Of a stretch of DNA of 36,893 bases, positions 1-9,455 are shown piece after piece (the first letter of the stretch is position 1; each line of letters opens with the position of its first letter). The notes under the pieces were generated by a model. It was not told the DNA's origin, did no database searches, and saw only the letters and a program-made list of their open reading frames with translations. The DNA is from a virus (taxonomy: Duplodnaviria > Caudoviricetes), in IMG/VR virus record IMGVR_UViG_3300032216_000505, positions 1 to 36,893 of that record. One strand, 5' to 3'. The position numbers and the translations under genes are program-made.

Positions 1-35
1 AGCTCTTTTAATAGTTGTGCGCGTGAGATAGCCAT
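1..35 (-). CDS. Major capsid protein, 5' end only (continues off the window)
   Basis: Reverse strand reads MAISRAQLLKE after an AGGAG SD. This N-terminus is typical of major capsid proteins in this phage type and lies downstream of portal and scaffold. Confidence 0.7.
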   Translation of the reverse strand, partial: MAISRAQLLKE

Positions 36-48
36 TTATATGCTCCTA

Positions 49-663
49 TTAGGCTGCAGTAGCTACACCAGTAGCGCTGTAGTAAGTGTGGGTACCAAAG
101 TTAAATTTAACGATAACTTCAGTATAAGAACCCGATGCATTGGTTGTTTCTGGAATTACGTCAACGATACGCATTGGTAAAGTTGAAGTACTAGCTGTAG
201 TAGCTGAAACAGATGCTAAAGAGTCGCCTGTGGTTGTGCTGCCTGCAGTCAAGATTAAAGCTGTATTTTGACCAACTGCTGCACGTGTTACACCAGAGAT
301 TGTTGATGTACCAGCAGCGGTTACAGCAACTTTGAACAATGCATCTGGATCATCCAAAACAAAAGCTTGAATGTCAGAAGCCACTGTGCTAGCTGGGTAA
401 TACTGTTGTTGCAACAATTGCTTGGTTGTTGGGTTTGTGAACTGACAACCCAAGAAAATACCAACTGCGTCGGTTGCGGTAGCTGTGGTTGAAACTTTGC
501 TTAATGTACCACCTGTGTTTAGACGTACGACATCACCGTAAAAAATCGATGTGCCAGAGCCTGAAGCGATAGGGATTAAACGAGTTGAACCAGCAAATAC
601 CTGACCACCAATCAAATTGATTGGCTGAAACCCATAAGGGCCTGCTACGGTAGGATAAGCCAT
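49..663 (-). CDS. Putative capsid decoration/minor head protein
   Basis: 204 aa, A/T/G/S-rich; SD TAGGAG; sits between the scaffold region and the capsid gene. Confidence 0.6.
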   Translation of the reverse strand: MAYPTVAGPYGFQPINLIGGQVFAGSTRLIPIASGSGTSIFYGDVVRLNTGGTLSKVSTTATATDAVGIFLGCQFTNPTTKQLLQQQYYPASTVASDIQAFVLDDPDALFKVAVTAAGTSTISGVTRAAVGQNTALILTAGSTTTGDSLASVSATTASTSTLPMRIVDVIPETTNASGSYTEVIVKFNFGTHTYYSATGVATAA

Positions 664-681
664 TTATAACTCCTAGTTAAT

Positions 682-1134
682 TTAAGAACCATTACCAAAG
701 CTAGTCGTGGATTTTCTCTCATTAAAGAGTGGCATCCGTGGATCGCTTTGGCGCATTAAGTTATTATCTACAGCTTCCGTTTGATTTTGTGACTGTTTCT
801 GGAAATAAGCATTCCGTTGTTGCACAAACTCGACTGGAGTCTTACAGAGTAATAACCCGCCAATCTCAATATTGTCTTTAAAACGACTATTGGGATCAGC
901 TAACAGTTGAAATTTTGGTTGCTCTTCTATGCGAACGGGTTCCCAGCCCTCTCTCATTTTTGCAGAAAGATTACGGGGGTCAGCTGCGTTTAAAGTAGAA
1001 ACTCGGATCCATCTATAAGCAAAACCCTCTTGCTTATCCGGTTCAGGGAGAAGCTCTGGTAACTGCCACTGTTTAGGGCGTTCATCAGTTTGACGGGTGC
1101 TTACTTCACGGGGAACTCTATTTGTATTAGCCAT
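682..1134 (-). CDS. Phage head-module protein, function unknown
   Basis: 150 aa with YRWIRVS...REGWEPV...GGLLLCK motifs; overlaps the scaffold stop. Confidence 0.6.
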   Translation of the reverse strand: MANTNRVPREVSTRQTDERPKQWQLPELLPEPDKQEGFAYRWIRVSTLNAADPRNLSAKMREGWEPVRIEEQPKFQLLADPNSRFKDNIEIGGLLLCKTPVEFVQQRNAYFQKQSQNQTEAVDNNLMRQSDPRMPLFNERKSTTSFGNGS

Positions 1135-2080
1135 TTTGGGACTCCAATTTAGTTAATTCCATAGCATATTGCTCTGGAGAAAGGTTAAGTTTCTTTGTCA
1201 AAGCTAACTGCGTCTGCGTTAGTTTGATCTTTTTTGAAGATGTAGAACGAGTTGCAGATGCTACTACCGTGCTGGATTTTTTTTCAGATTTCTCAGAAGC
1301 TCTAACTTCTGGAACTTCCTCAAATTTCTCAGGGAAGCGTTTTCGCACCTCGGTATCAATGACGTTCCAGTAATGATCGGAGCCTAGTGGGACTCCTTCT
1401 TTTTCTAGTCGTCTATGAACTCCTGATGCAAGGAATGTCATGTCATCGTCTTCACCATACCACTTGTTTTTGTCAAGCCACGATTGGGTTTTTGAGTCCA
1501 ATCTCTGGGGTTGGTGTTGCGGTGTAGATATTTTTACATTATCTTGCTCAGATTGTAAAGCATTTTCTTCATATTGTGGTTGATAGCGTTCTAATTCCTT
1601 GGATTTAAACTTAACTTCCGTCAAACGCTCCTGTGCATCGGTCATTCTGTCTGAATCTCCAGACTCATAAGCCTCTTTGAGCTCCCGTTTTGCCATTTCT
1701 AGCTCACGAGTAATACCTTCTTTGGCAGTATTGACGTAAACTTTCTCTCCATCGGACAAACGCCCTTTAAGTTTCTTGTTTTCTTCAATAATGAGGTTGG
1801 CTACACGAATTGCTTCATTATGCTCACGCTGGGCGGCTTCTTTTGCCCTGCGTTCGTCATGCATTAGCTTTTTCATCTGCATCAAACGCTCTTTTGCCTC
1901 ATTAGAATAGGCTTCTAAGTCATCATTTTCGACTTCATCGGCAATTTCTTTGGGCAAAGGAGCGGCATTTATACGATCTTCCATTGGAACATCGTCTTCA
2001 ATCTCAATTTCTATCTTTTGCTCAGGTTCATTTTCAACTTCGTCTGGAAATTTGTATTCTTCTTCTTTGAATTGGGCCAT
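1127..2080 (-). CDS. Putative capsid scaffolding protein
   Basis: Acidic coiled-coil protein ending LNLSPEQYA. Start reassigned to ATG 2080 (MAQFKEEE) after AAGGAG. Lies between portal and capsid. Confidence 0.65.
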   Translation of the reverse strand: MAQFKEEEYKFPDEVENEPEQKIEIEIEDDVPMEDRINAAPLPKEIADEVENDDLEAYSNEAKERLMQMKKLMHDERRAKEAAQREHNEAIRVANLIIEENKKLKGRLSDGEKVYVNTAKEGITRELEMAKRELKEAYESGDSDRMTDAQERLTEVKFKSKELERYQPQYEENALQSEQDNVKISTPQHQPQRLDSKTQSWLDKNKWYGEDDDMTFLASGVHRRLEKEGVPLGSDHYWNVIDTEVRKRFPEKFEEVPEVRASEKSEKKSSTVVASATRSTSSKKIKLTQTQLALTKKLNLSPEQYAMELTKLESQNG

Positions 2081-2090
2081 GTTTTTCTCC

Positions 2091-2513
2091 TTATGCACGA
2101 GTAATTCCACGTGGGTCTTGAACAATACCCTCGACAGAATCATCATTAATTATGCGGAACTCCCTACCGTGAATTTTCAGTCTAGTACCCGAATTTGGTC
2201 GGGCTAAAATGAAATCTCCGACCTTACACCAAGGTCCATTAGGGAAGCGATTTGGGTCTTTATAACAATCTGGCCCCATTTTTATAACAAAAAATACAGT
2301 AGAAAGCACTTCTTCGTAATGCATAGTGGTATCCGCTTTGAGAATACCGCTTTCATATTCCTTTTCAACTTCTGGAATAGCTACCAAAATACGGTATCCA
2401 GAAGGTTCTGGGAGTGCTTTTGCTTTTTCTTCGTTACTTGCTGCAAAGTTTACTGCGCCTACTATCTGTGGCTGATCGGGATTTGAGCCGATCAGGATAG
2501 TTGTTTCACTCAT
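2091..2513 (-). CDS. GroES/Cpn10-like co-chaperonin
   Basis: P-G-RILV, ESGIL mobile loop, KVGDFIL and G-EFRIINDDSV match the Cpn10 pattern. Confidence 0.8.
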   Translation of the reverse strand: MSETTILIGSNPDQPQIVGAVNFAASNEEKAKALPEPSGYRILVAIPEVEKEYESGILKADTTMHYEEVLSTVFFVIKMGPDCYKDPNRFPNGPWCKVGDFILARPNSGTRLKIHGREFRIINDDSVEGIVQDPRGITRA

Positions 2514-2700
2514 CCGAGTTCTCCAAGTTTTTTTTCAGGTCTGTTATGTATAAACGTGCAGTAAGAAGACCTGTAATCTCCCCACACATTCTTTGGTATT
2601 CAGCATAGTCTTTGGCTACGCCAGTACCGAGGGACTCTTCTAAAGCCCCCACCTTCTCACCTACCTGTTTGAGGAGATGATCTAGTATTTTTTCGTTCAT
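2506..2700 (-). CDS. Small hypothetical protein (head module)
   Basis: 64 aa with a DYAEYQRMCGEI motif; overlaps both the portal and GroES genes. Confidence 0.65.
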   Translation of the reverse strand: MNEKILDHLLKQVGEKVGALEESLGTGVAKDYAEYQRMCGEITGLLTARLYITDLKKNLENSDE

Positions 2701-5165
2701 TTATTTTCTTTCTTGTTGTGTTTAAGTAAATCAACTGCCATGCGGGTTTTTTCAGATTGAATTCTGGCCTTATCCGCTCCGACTTGTGCGCCAATTCGTA
2801 ATCCTTCCATCCGTTGTTTGGCTTCCAAGTCAGCTTTATCTTTGGCGGTTTTTGCGCCAACTTGCATTCCTGCAATTTCTTTTTGCGCTGCAATACGTTG
2901 TTTTTCAATTTCCAATTGGTCAGCTTTGGCAGCAGCATCCATCGCCATCTTCTTCTCTTTGATTGAAATTTCTTGGGCTTTGAGTTGCAGTTCTTTCATT
3001 TGCATTTGAATTACTGGATCTTGAGCAGCTTGTTGTGCTTGCTGTGCCGCAATCTCAGTCTTATTCTGATTCAGAAGTTGTTGTGCCACAGGAACAGCCA
3101 TACGGGAAATTTGCATTTCCATTTCTTTAGACATGTGGTTTTCGCTGTCATCATCATCGTAAGGAATCTGAATGCCCATTGCTTCTTCCATTTGGCGTTT
3201 ATATTCCATGCCGACGTGTTCTGTTATATGAGCTTGCATGGCTTGCAACATCATTGGTGCCTGTGGATTTTGACCAATAACCATTTTAATTTTTGGATCA
3301 TTCATAGCCGCCATGTGAATCTTAATGTGCGCTTCGTGGTCCTGATATGAAAATGCTCTAAGTGGTTTATTCTTTAGCACATTCATATTTTCAGTAATTG
3401 GATCGCAAGGCTTATCATCTTCTGGTAATGGAACCAGCTTTTGAGCATTCTTAATACCAATTACTGATAACATTTGGCGGTGCAAGAACGGCAAGTTATA
3501 CAACTGAGGAGCTGTCTGTGATAATTGCAAAACCGCTTGGTACTGAACCACTTTTTGGCTCATTGTAGCGGCATTAGGATCGCTTACCGGAATAATATTT
3601 ACTGCATCGTAATCCGATTTCTTAGCTTTACGGCTACCTTCTTGAGGTTGATAGCTATATTCTTCAGGGGCATTAGAGGCAATAATTTCTTTTAATAATC
3701 TAAACTCTTGCTTCATTGAATAATGAATACGAGCTTGAATGGCGCTCATTACTTTAAGGGTGCGCTCTAAGATTGCCAGCGTAGTCCCAACTGGTGAGTT
3801 AGCAGACATATCAGCAACTTTTAAATCGCCAGCAGAAGCAAACCTTCTACCATCTTCAATAATTTGATTTAACAAAGTAATCAAGGTTTGGCTTGGTTCC
3901 TTGTAAGGAAGCGGCATAATGTTGTCTTTCATCGCTCCAGAAGGAACATCAACATCACGGAATTCGCCAGGTGCTATCGGTGTATCATCCCCTTTGACTC
4001 GCAAACCACGAGTCTTAAACCCTCCAGGCAAGTTGGCAAGTGACCCTGCATCAACCAGCTGCCGAAGTATTGAAGTGCCAGATTTAGCAAAAGCACCGAG
4101 AAGATGGACAATACCAAAACAGTAAAAACCAAAACCAGGAATATAACCATAGTGGACGAAGTGTTGTCTCTTTTCATGCTTTTTGTCTCCCTCTCTCCAG
4201 TTTCTTCTAATTGAAAGCACAGTTCCCGTATTCTTTTCAATTGATACAACGTAAGGCAAAGCGATACCAGTAGGTTTGCCAGATTCATCTTTATGCTCAT
4301 AACCTTCTAAGTCGAGGTCAACGTGCATTTCCAAAATCTTAAATCGATCATCTGTAGTTGCTCTAAAGCCTAGCTTTTCTGCAATTTTCTTTTCTACTTC
4401 ATCCAAAGTATTAATCGGATCGCCCAACTCAATATCACGGTAAAAACCTGATACCTGAAGTTTGCGCATTTCATTTTCTGTTTTACGCATGACATGGGTG
4501 ATGCGCTCTGCGGTTTGAAGGTTAGATGCGCCATAAGGAACTACAAGATCATCAGCTTGAACGTACATGGATACTTGACGGCCTAACTGTCCATCTTCGT
4601 AAACTTTTTTAAATCCATTGCCTGACAACCCCATGCCCCATAACATTCTTTCATGTTCAGGTCGGAATTCTGTCATCACATCTGTAATTTCGTAGTTCAT
4701 GTCCTCTTCAACACGAGTAGCAGAATCTTTCTTTTCTGGAGTTTCTTTACCAATAATCTGTGTCCTTACAGGACCAGAGGCTGGGAAAGTTTCCATAATT
4801 GTTTCTGCCTGGAACTTGACTACTGCCTCAGCAAGAATTGGGTGGTAAACACCACAAGCGCCTTCCCAAGGCTCACTTCTTTCTTCAATTTTTAAACCCA
4901 ATAGCTCTAATCCATCTACATAAGTCTGAATCCAGTCTTTTCTAGAATCTACGTCAGACGTAAAATCTTCTACTAATTCAGAGCCAAGGGTAGCCAATAC
5001 GGAGTCTGGAATATTCTCTGCAAGATTTTCATGAAAGTCATCTTCTTGAATATCTACGATATCTACTTCCATTTCGTCTTCTGGAACAATTTCAATCTCG
5101 ACATCTGGGCCATTAATGGCTGCTAAACCTTGTGGTGCTTCATATAGAGCTTTATCTATTGACAT
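2697..5165 (-). CDS. Portal protein (P22-like)
   Basis: 822 aa directly after TerL; PWEGACGVYHP and GFYCFG motifs; long Q/A-rich C-terminal coiled coil. Confidence 0.85.
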   Translation of the reverse strand: MSIDKALYEAPQGLAAINGPDVEIEIVPEDEMEVDIVDIQEDDFHENLAENIPDSVLATLGSELVEDFTSDVDSRKDWIQTYVDGLELLGLKIEERSEPWEGACGVYHPILAEAVVKFQAETIMETFPASGPVRTQIIGKETPEKKDSATRVEEDMNYEITDVMTEFRPEHERMLWGMGLSGNGFKKVYEDGQLGRQVSMYVQADDLVVPYGASNLQTAERITHVMRKTENEMRKLQVSGFYRDIELGDPINTLDEVEKKIAEKLGFRATTDDRFKILEMHVDLDLEGYEHKDESGKPTGIALPYVVSIEKNTGTVLSIRRNWREGDKKHEKRQHFVHYGYIPGFGFYCFGIVHLLGAFAKSGTSILRQLVDAGSLANLPGGFKTRGLRVKGDDTPIAPGEFRDVDVPSGAMKDNIMPLPYKEPSQTLITLLNQIIEDGRRFASAGDLKVADMSANSPVGTTLAILERTLKVMSAIQARIHYSMKQEFRLLKEIIASNAPEEYSYQPQEGSRKAKKSDYDAVNIIPVSDPNAATMSQKVVQYQAVLQLSQTAPQLYNLPFLHRQMLSVIGIKNAQKLVPLPEDDKPCDPITENMNVLKNKPLRAFSYQDHEAHIKIHMAAMNDPKIKMVIGQNPQAPMMLQAMQAHITEHVGMEYKRQMEEAMGIQIPYDDDDSENHMSKEMEMQISRMAVPVAQQLLNQNKTEIAAQQAQQAAQDPVIQMQMKELQLKAQEISIKEKKMAMDAAAKADQLEIEKQRIAAQKEIAGMQVGAKTAKDKADLEAKQRMEGLRIGAQVGADKARIQSEKTRMAVDLLKHNKKENK

Positions 5166-5175
5166 ACTTTTCCTT

Positions 5176-6675
5176 TTAGTAGTAGGCTACCTTGCGCCTA
5201 AATTGTCTTGGTTCATCGGGTTCATCTGATGGAAGAGGAATAAATCCTCCCTTGCGAAATCTTAATAAGGCTTGAGTCGTGGAGTCCACCAAGTCGTCGT
5301 GGTCAGAATTGGGGAATGCCGCTAATTCTTCAATGACTTCTTCGGCCCATCTTTTACGAGGTGCCCAGACTTTACCTGACGCGAATAAATCGGAGACAGC
5401 ATTTACCCTAGAAATTTTATCATTTCCACGGGTCGGTGTATATTCTTGCACAGGCACACCCATGCGTCTTAATTCAAAAACCAACGGCGCTCCTGATGCT
5501 TTAGCCTCTACTATACACGCATCTGGCTCCCATTCACGATACATTTCCATTGCTCGTTCTTTTAATTGTGGGAATTCAAGTCGCTCTTTAAGTGCATCGA
5601 GCAAAATAATATGGGGATCGCTTTCGTTTTCATTCATATAAAACACACCCCAAGTCGTACAGGCTGAGTAATCTGAGCGTTCATTTTTAGTAAATGCAGT
5701 ATCCCAAGACTGAATCACAAAATTGCATAATGGCGGTCTTTCGTTTTCCCATTCTTTCCACCACTCTCGTTTTACAATTGCGCCTTCTTCGCTAGTAGGA
5801 TCTTGCTGATATTGAGCTTGCCATTTAGGAAGTGGCAATTCTTCCCGAAGTGCGGATAATTCTTCTAAACTCCAGAATTCTGGCCATAAAGGTCTGCCGG
5901 TTTCTAAAATTGCAGGCAAACTTATCATATCCCAGACTTCACCATCTCGGTCAATAATAGATTGGCAAATTTTACCCGTGAGATCTCTTTTAGCCCAGCG
6001 GGTCATTACGACTACAATTGATCCACCCGGCTGCAGACGTTGACGAGGGCCTGACGTATACCATTCAAAGACCTTATCAAATACACTAGGATCTCCTGCT
6101 GCCAGTGCTGCTTCTTGCTCGGAATGAGGGTCATCAATAATGAGCAAATCAGCACCTTTACCAGTAACAGTGCCGCCAACACCAATAGCAAAATAATCTC
6201 CATTAGCATTTGTAGCCCATCGCCCAGCAGCTTTAGAGTCTGATCGCAAAGCGACATTAGGGAATATTTTGGCATAAGCCTCCGAATCAACTAAGTTACG
6301 AACCTTTCGTCCAAACCCAACAGCTAGTTCAGCCGTGTTAGAACATTGAATAATCTTTTTATTTGGGAACCGACCAAGATACCAAGCAGGAAGCAGATAA
6401 CTAGCAAACTCGGATTTTGTGTGGCGTGGCGGCATATTGATGATAAGGCGTTTGGATTTACCATTGGCTATGTCCTCAAATTTTTGAGCCATCAAAGCAT
6501 GATGGCGGCCATAAATAAATCCTGGCCATACAGATTTTACAAAAGCCAAAAAATCATCCTGGCCAGCTTCTCTTGTTTCAGCGTTCCCAAAAGACTCGGC
6601 TAAAGGCAAAAGTGGCTTTTGGTCTTCCTCAGGAAGAAGCTTTAATAACTCTAATAGAATTTCCTCTTGGGTCAT
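5176..6675 (-). CDS. terL: Terminase large subunit
   Basis: Walker A-like NMPPRHTKS, Walker B LLIIDD, coupling motif MTRW, nuclease residues SWDTA and HDDLVDS. Confidence 0.95.
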   Translation of the reverse strand: MTQEEILLELLKLLPEEDQKPLLPLAESFGNAETREAGQDDFLAFVKSVWPGFIYGRHHALMAQKFEDIANGKSKRLIINMPPRHTKSEFASYLLPAWYLGRFPNKKIIQCSNTAELAVGFGRKVRNLVDSEAYAKIFPNVALRSDSKAAGRWATNANGDYFAIGVGGTVTGKGADLLIIDDPHSEQEAALAAGDPSVFDKVFEWYTSGPRQRLQPGGSIVVVMTRWAKRDLTGKICQSIIDRDGEVWDMISLPAILETGRPLWPEFWSLEELSALREELPLPKWQAQYQQDPTSEEGAIVKREWWKEWENERPPLCNFVIQSWDTAFTKNERSDYSACTTWGVFYMNENESDPHIILLDALKERLEFPQLKERAMEMYREWEPDACIVEAKASGAPLVFELRRMGVPVQEYTPTRGNDKISRVNAVSDLFASGKVWAPRKRWAEEVIEELAAFPNSDHDDLVDSTTQALLRFRKGGFIPLPSDEPDEPRQFRRKVAYY

Positions 6676-6896
6676 TCTATATCCCTAATTCTAATATACG
6701 CTGGACGAATAGACCTAGCTTTTCCAGCCACCCCTTTGCAAATCCCAATTTCAATTAACGATTTCATTTTGCGAGCCACATTCCCTCGACCTTTGTCGCC
6801 AGACTGGTACATGATGTCATCTATAGTTGGACCAAAACCGTACATTTTCCACCACTCGTCCACAATCAAATAAATTTTTTTTTGGGCGGGAGTCAT
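6672..6896 (-). CDS. LexA-type N-terminal winged-helix DNA-binding protein, no peptidase domain
   Basis: MTPAQKKIY...GFGPTIDDI...LIEIG...KARSIR parallels LexA LT-RQ...G-PPT--EI...L---G...-RGIR. Confidence 0.75.
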   Translation of the reverse strand: MTPAQKKIYLIVDEWWKMYGFGPTIDDIMYQSGDKGRGNVARKMKSLIEIGICKGVAGKARSIRPAYIRIRDIE

Positions 6897-7069
6897 TTGC
6901 CGCAGTCCTCTACATTCCGAAGTCGCTCCATCAACTTCTCAGTATGAATCTGGGAGCTAACTTTTAAACCTTCTAATTGCTGGACAGTTAAACGCTTTTC
7001 TAAAAGCAGTCTTTTTAATAACCCAGTAGCCTTATCTATATCTCTTTGAATAGCGTAGATACTTCTCAT
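6893..7069 (-). CDS. Small hypothetical protein (58 aa, not in ORF track)
   Basis: MRSIYAIQRDIDKATGLLKRLL...; ATGA overlaps with both neighbours. Confidence 0.6.
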   Translation of the reverse strand: MRSIYAIQRDIDKATGLLKRLLLEKRLTVQQLEGLKVSSQIHTEKLMERLRNVEDCGK

Positions 7070-7266
7070 TTCTTTAACTTTCTACAAATCTGTTTAACAT
7101 CTAGTGGGTAGTCAGGGCTAATCATAGAGCATTGATATACTTTTGACTCACCTAAAGTATATTGCACAGCGCTATACACTACCAAGCCAAATAAAAGTGT
7201 TATAAATATCATTAAGATATCTAATACTTCTAAGACGTTAAAATTTTTTGTAAAGTTTTTTCCCAT
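7066..7266 (-). CDS. Small membrane protein
   Basis: 66 aa; one hydrophobic segment, then a C...PDYP...C tail. Confidence 0.55.
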   Translation of the reverse strand: MGKNFTKNFNVLEVLDILMIFITLLFGLVVYSAVQYTLGESKVYQCSMISPDYPLDVKQICRKLKK

Positions 7267-7279
7267 GATTGTAAAGTTT

Positions 7280-8173
7280 TTATAAGGGGGGTGTTTCGTT
7301 AGGAGACTTTAAATCCGCCAATAGGGAATTAATATCCCCCTCCCCCTGTGATTCTATGTTAGGGTTTTCCCTAATACAATCGTAAGTGTTTGATTCTAAA
7401 GGTTTTGTAACTATAACATCTGTTATAGTTGATACCCCGTCTGTTATGGGGGACCCAGAATCGGTAAGGGGGGGTGTCTGAATGTGTGGAATACTATGCA
7501 AACCCTCACCATCAGAATCAGTCAAATTTAGGGGGGTCGGGGTGGGTGGGGTCTCTAAGTCGTTGATTTCATTGGGGATGGCATCGATAACGATAGGACT
7601 ATTAAGCTCTCTAAGTAGTGATTCTGCCTTGCGTTTTGCCTCGTCATTGAGTGATCGGCTAGAGGTGAATGCTAAGCGTAAGCCATCTAATAGTTTAGCT
7701 TTAAGGTCTGTCGATGAGTGTAGATGTAAGTGTGTCTTGGTCTCATTGAATAAACTGACCTCATGTAGTTTACCGATTAACTCTATTGCCTTTAGCTTAT
7801 TGGCTGTCTTCTCGTCTTCTGTCGTGGTGATCTCTACGAGTTTTTGAATGGCTAGGGCTCTCATTTGGTCGGGTAAAAGATATTCCCTTGCCTCATTCGC
7901 TAGTCTAAAGGCATCTATCATGCTGGATATTTTAGGGTCTCGTGCTAGTTTACTTCCCTCAACTGCTTGGGTGGTTGGTTTACCCTTGCTGTCGTAGCTC
8001 TCTCTGTATGCTTGTGCCTTTGGCATTCCGTCAGCTACCTTCTTTGCAAATGCCTTCTGCTTGCCTGTAAGTTTGATTCCGTGGCTACTTGTCGCACCTA
8101 ATAGGACTGTCTCTATTGGGACTTGCTTTAGCCCTTCTTTAATCTGCGCTCTAGTTAGTTTGGGAGTTTTCAT
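7280..8173 (-). CDS. Putative terminase small subunit with low-complexity C-terminal extension
   Basis: LTGKQKAFA...AQAYRESY...GSKLARDPKI resembles the TerS HTH; upstream of TerL. Confidence 0.65.
   Translation of the reverse strand: MKTPKLTRAQIKEGLKQVPIETVLLGATSSHGIKLTGKQKAFAKKVADGMPKAQAYRESYDSKGKPTTQAVEGSKLARDPKISSMIDAFRLANEAREYLLPDQMRALAIQKLVEITTTEDEKTANKLKAIELIGKLHEVSLFNETKTHLHLHSSTDLKAKLLDGLRLAFTSSRSLNDEAKRKAESLLRELNSPIVIDAIPNEINDLETPPTPTPLNLTDSDGEGLHSIPHIQTPPLTDSGSPITDGVSTITDVIVTKPLESNTYDCIRENPNIESQGEGDINSLLADLKSPNETPPL
7409..7430. promoter_or_regulatory. 22-bp palindrome, copy 1 (AACTATAACA-TC-TGTTATAGTT)
   Basis: Perfect 10-bp arms; identical to 25602..25623. Confidence 0.65.
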
Positions 8174-8349
8174 AGGTATCTAATAGGTATTTTCATACCC
8201 TCAAGTATAGGACGGATCAATACACTTTGATAAACAAGTCACTAAAAAGATAACTGGGATCTACTCTCTCTAGTATCTCTCTATTGGATAAGTCTTTACC
8301 CTGTTTCCCTTCGGGATTGCTTGCCCGCTTTTAAGGTCTTCCCGCTTAC

Positions 8350-8369
8350 TACTGTATATCCATACATTA
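8350..8369. promoter_or_regulatory. Near-consensus LexA (SOS) box
   Basis: TACTGTATATCCATACATTA versus CTGT-N8-ACAG; one mismatch (CAT for CAG); in the divergent terS/early-operon intergenic region. Confidence 0.4.
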
Positions 8370-8403
8370 GTGAATGTCCTAGTATAGATTTCTTAAAATG
8401 ATC

Positions 8404-8425
8404 CGTAATAGGTGATAGTATTACG
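8404..8425 (+). promoter_or_regulatory. Putative early promoter (extended -10) inside an inverted repeat
   Basis: TG-a-TAGTAT at 8413..8421 within CGTAATA-N8-TATTACG; followed by an 11-bp hairpin 8426..8457; no clear -35. Confidence 0.4.
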
Positions 8426-8468
8426 CAATACATGAAATGAATTCAATTCGTGTATTGATTGTTTAACT

Positions 8469-8480
8469 AACTGCTAGGAG
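8469..8480 (+). repeat. Conserved RBS leader AACTGCTAGGAG, copy 1 of 6
   Basis: Exact copies at 8469, 8923, 9436, 10163 and 11088 (+) and 17329..17340 (-), each 6-8 nt before a start codon. Confidence 0.9.
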
Positions 8481-8488
8481 TATTAAAA

Positions 8489-8872
8489 ATGGGAAATAGA
8501 GCCGTTATCGGGTTTGAGGGTAAAAAAACTGGTATTTACTTGCATTGGAATGGTGGAGAGGAGAGCGTAAAAGCATTCCTAGATTGTGCCAAGTCTCTAG
8601 GGGTTCGGGATCCAGTCTCGGATAGTTATGGAGTCGCTAGACTTACGCAAATTATCGGAAATTTTTTCGGGGGTTCTCTGTCTCTTGGCATAGGGGATAT
8701 TGATAGCCTAGACTGCGACAATGGAAACAACGGGACTTATATAGTCGGGAAGGGTTGGGAGATCGTGGAAAGACGCTACCAGCACGAAAAGGGAGAATTT
8801 AACGGGGATGAGTATAGGAAGTGTTTAGCGTATTGTATTGAGCGCAATAAGCCCTATTTTGCCCGTGACTAA
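8489..8872 (+). CDS. Phage early hypothetical protein
   Basis: MGNRAVI...IYLHWNGG motif; strong SD; first gene of the + strand operon. Confidence 0.8.
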   Translation: MGNRAVIGFEGKKTGIYLHWNGGEESVKAFLDCAKSLGVRDPVSDSYGVARLTQIIGNFFGGSLSLGIGDIDSLDCDNGNNGTYIVGKGWEIVERRYQHEKGEFNGDEYRKCLAYCIERNKPYFARD

Positions 8873-8921
8873 CATACTGACGAGTCTATAAGGACGAAAC
8901 AGACGAGAGTCTGTCTATGTT
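8871..8921 (+). ncRNA. Type I hammerhead ribozyme 1 (predicted cleavage after C8915)
   Basis: Stem I AACAUA/UAUGUU; core CUGACGA; stem II GUCU-auaa-GGAC; GAAA; stem III CAGAC-gaga-GUCUG; GUC site. Confidence 0.93.
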
Positions 8922-8942
8922 TAACTGCTAGGAGTTTATAAA

Positions 8943-9059
8943 ATGTTTCCTAAATTAGATTATCTTTTTAATATTGGTCTGGTCGTGTGCCTTGCCTATG
9001 TTGTTTTATTTGTTTGTAATGCCTTTTTTCGCTTTGCCGTTATCTCGTTGGGGGTTTAA
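8943..9059 (+). CDS. 38-aa hydrophobic membrane peptide (not in ORF track)
   Basis: MFPKLDYLFNIGLVVCLAYVVLFVCNAFFRFAVISLGV; follows the conserved leader at 8923. Confidence 0.65.
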   Translation: MFPKLDYLFNIGLVVCLAYVVLFVCNAFFRFAVISLGV

Positions 9060-9061
9060 TC

Positions 9062-9352
9062 ATGACTACTGACAATTTGCGTAATAGAATTTGGGACGCT
9101 AAATACGGCAAGATTGAAAACACCATTTTAAGCGATCAGGAAAAAGCCGAGATTCTCGCTATGGTCGGGAATAGATGCAGAGCAGAGACTAAGCGAAAAC
9201 TGGAAAGGCGCTTAGATCTTCCCTTGTCCTTGTGGGATTCATTCGGGATATATGACAGGGTCAAATTTAGGAATGGTAGGGTCGATTACATAACGGGACA
9301 GGATTACACCTACGAGATGCGAACCCTTCGGGAATGTATCCTTAACCACTAA
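9062..9352 (+). CDS. Hypothetical protein
   Basis: 96 aa; GGGGG-type SD; YITGQDY motif. Confidence 0.75.
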   Translation: MTTDNLRNRIWDAKYGKIENTILSDQEKAEILAMVGNRCRAETKRKLERRLDLPLSLWDSFGIYDRVKFRNGRVDYITGQDYTYEMRTLRECILNH

Positions 9353-9383
9353 GCACGAGGCAATTTGGAACCTACAACATAAA

Positions 9384-9435
9384 GATTAACTGATGAGGGC
9401 TAATTGCCCGAAACAGTCGAGAGACTGTCTTAATC
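9384..9435 (+). ncRNA. Type I hammerhead ribozyme 2 (predicted cleavage after C9429)
   Basis: Stem I GAUUAA/UUAAUC; CUGAUGA; stem II GGGC-uaauu-GCCC; GAAA; stem III CAGUC-gaga-GACUG; GUC site. Confidence 0.95.
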
Positions 9436-9455
9436 AACTGCTAGGAGATTGAAAA

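Noticed and set aside
1950-6758. Many + strand and alternate-frame ORFs in the head/terminase region (similar ones at 26-36 kb)
   Set aside because: Shadow ORFs of well-supported - strand genes, with no SDs or recognisable motifs.
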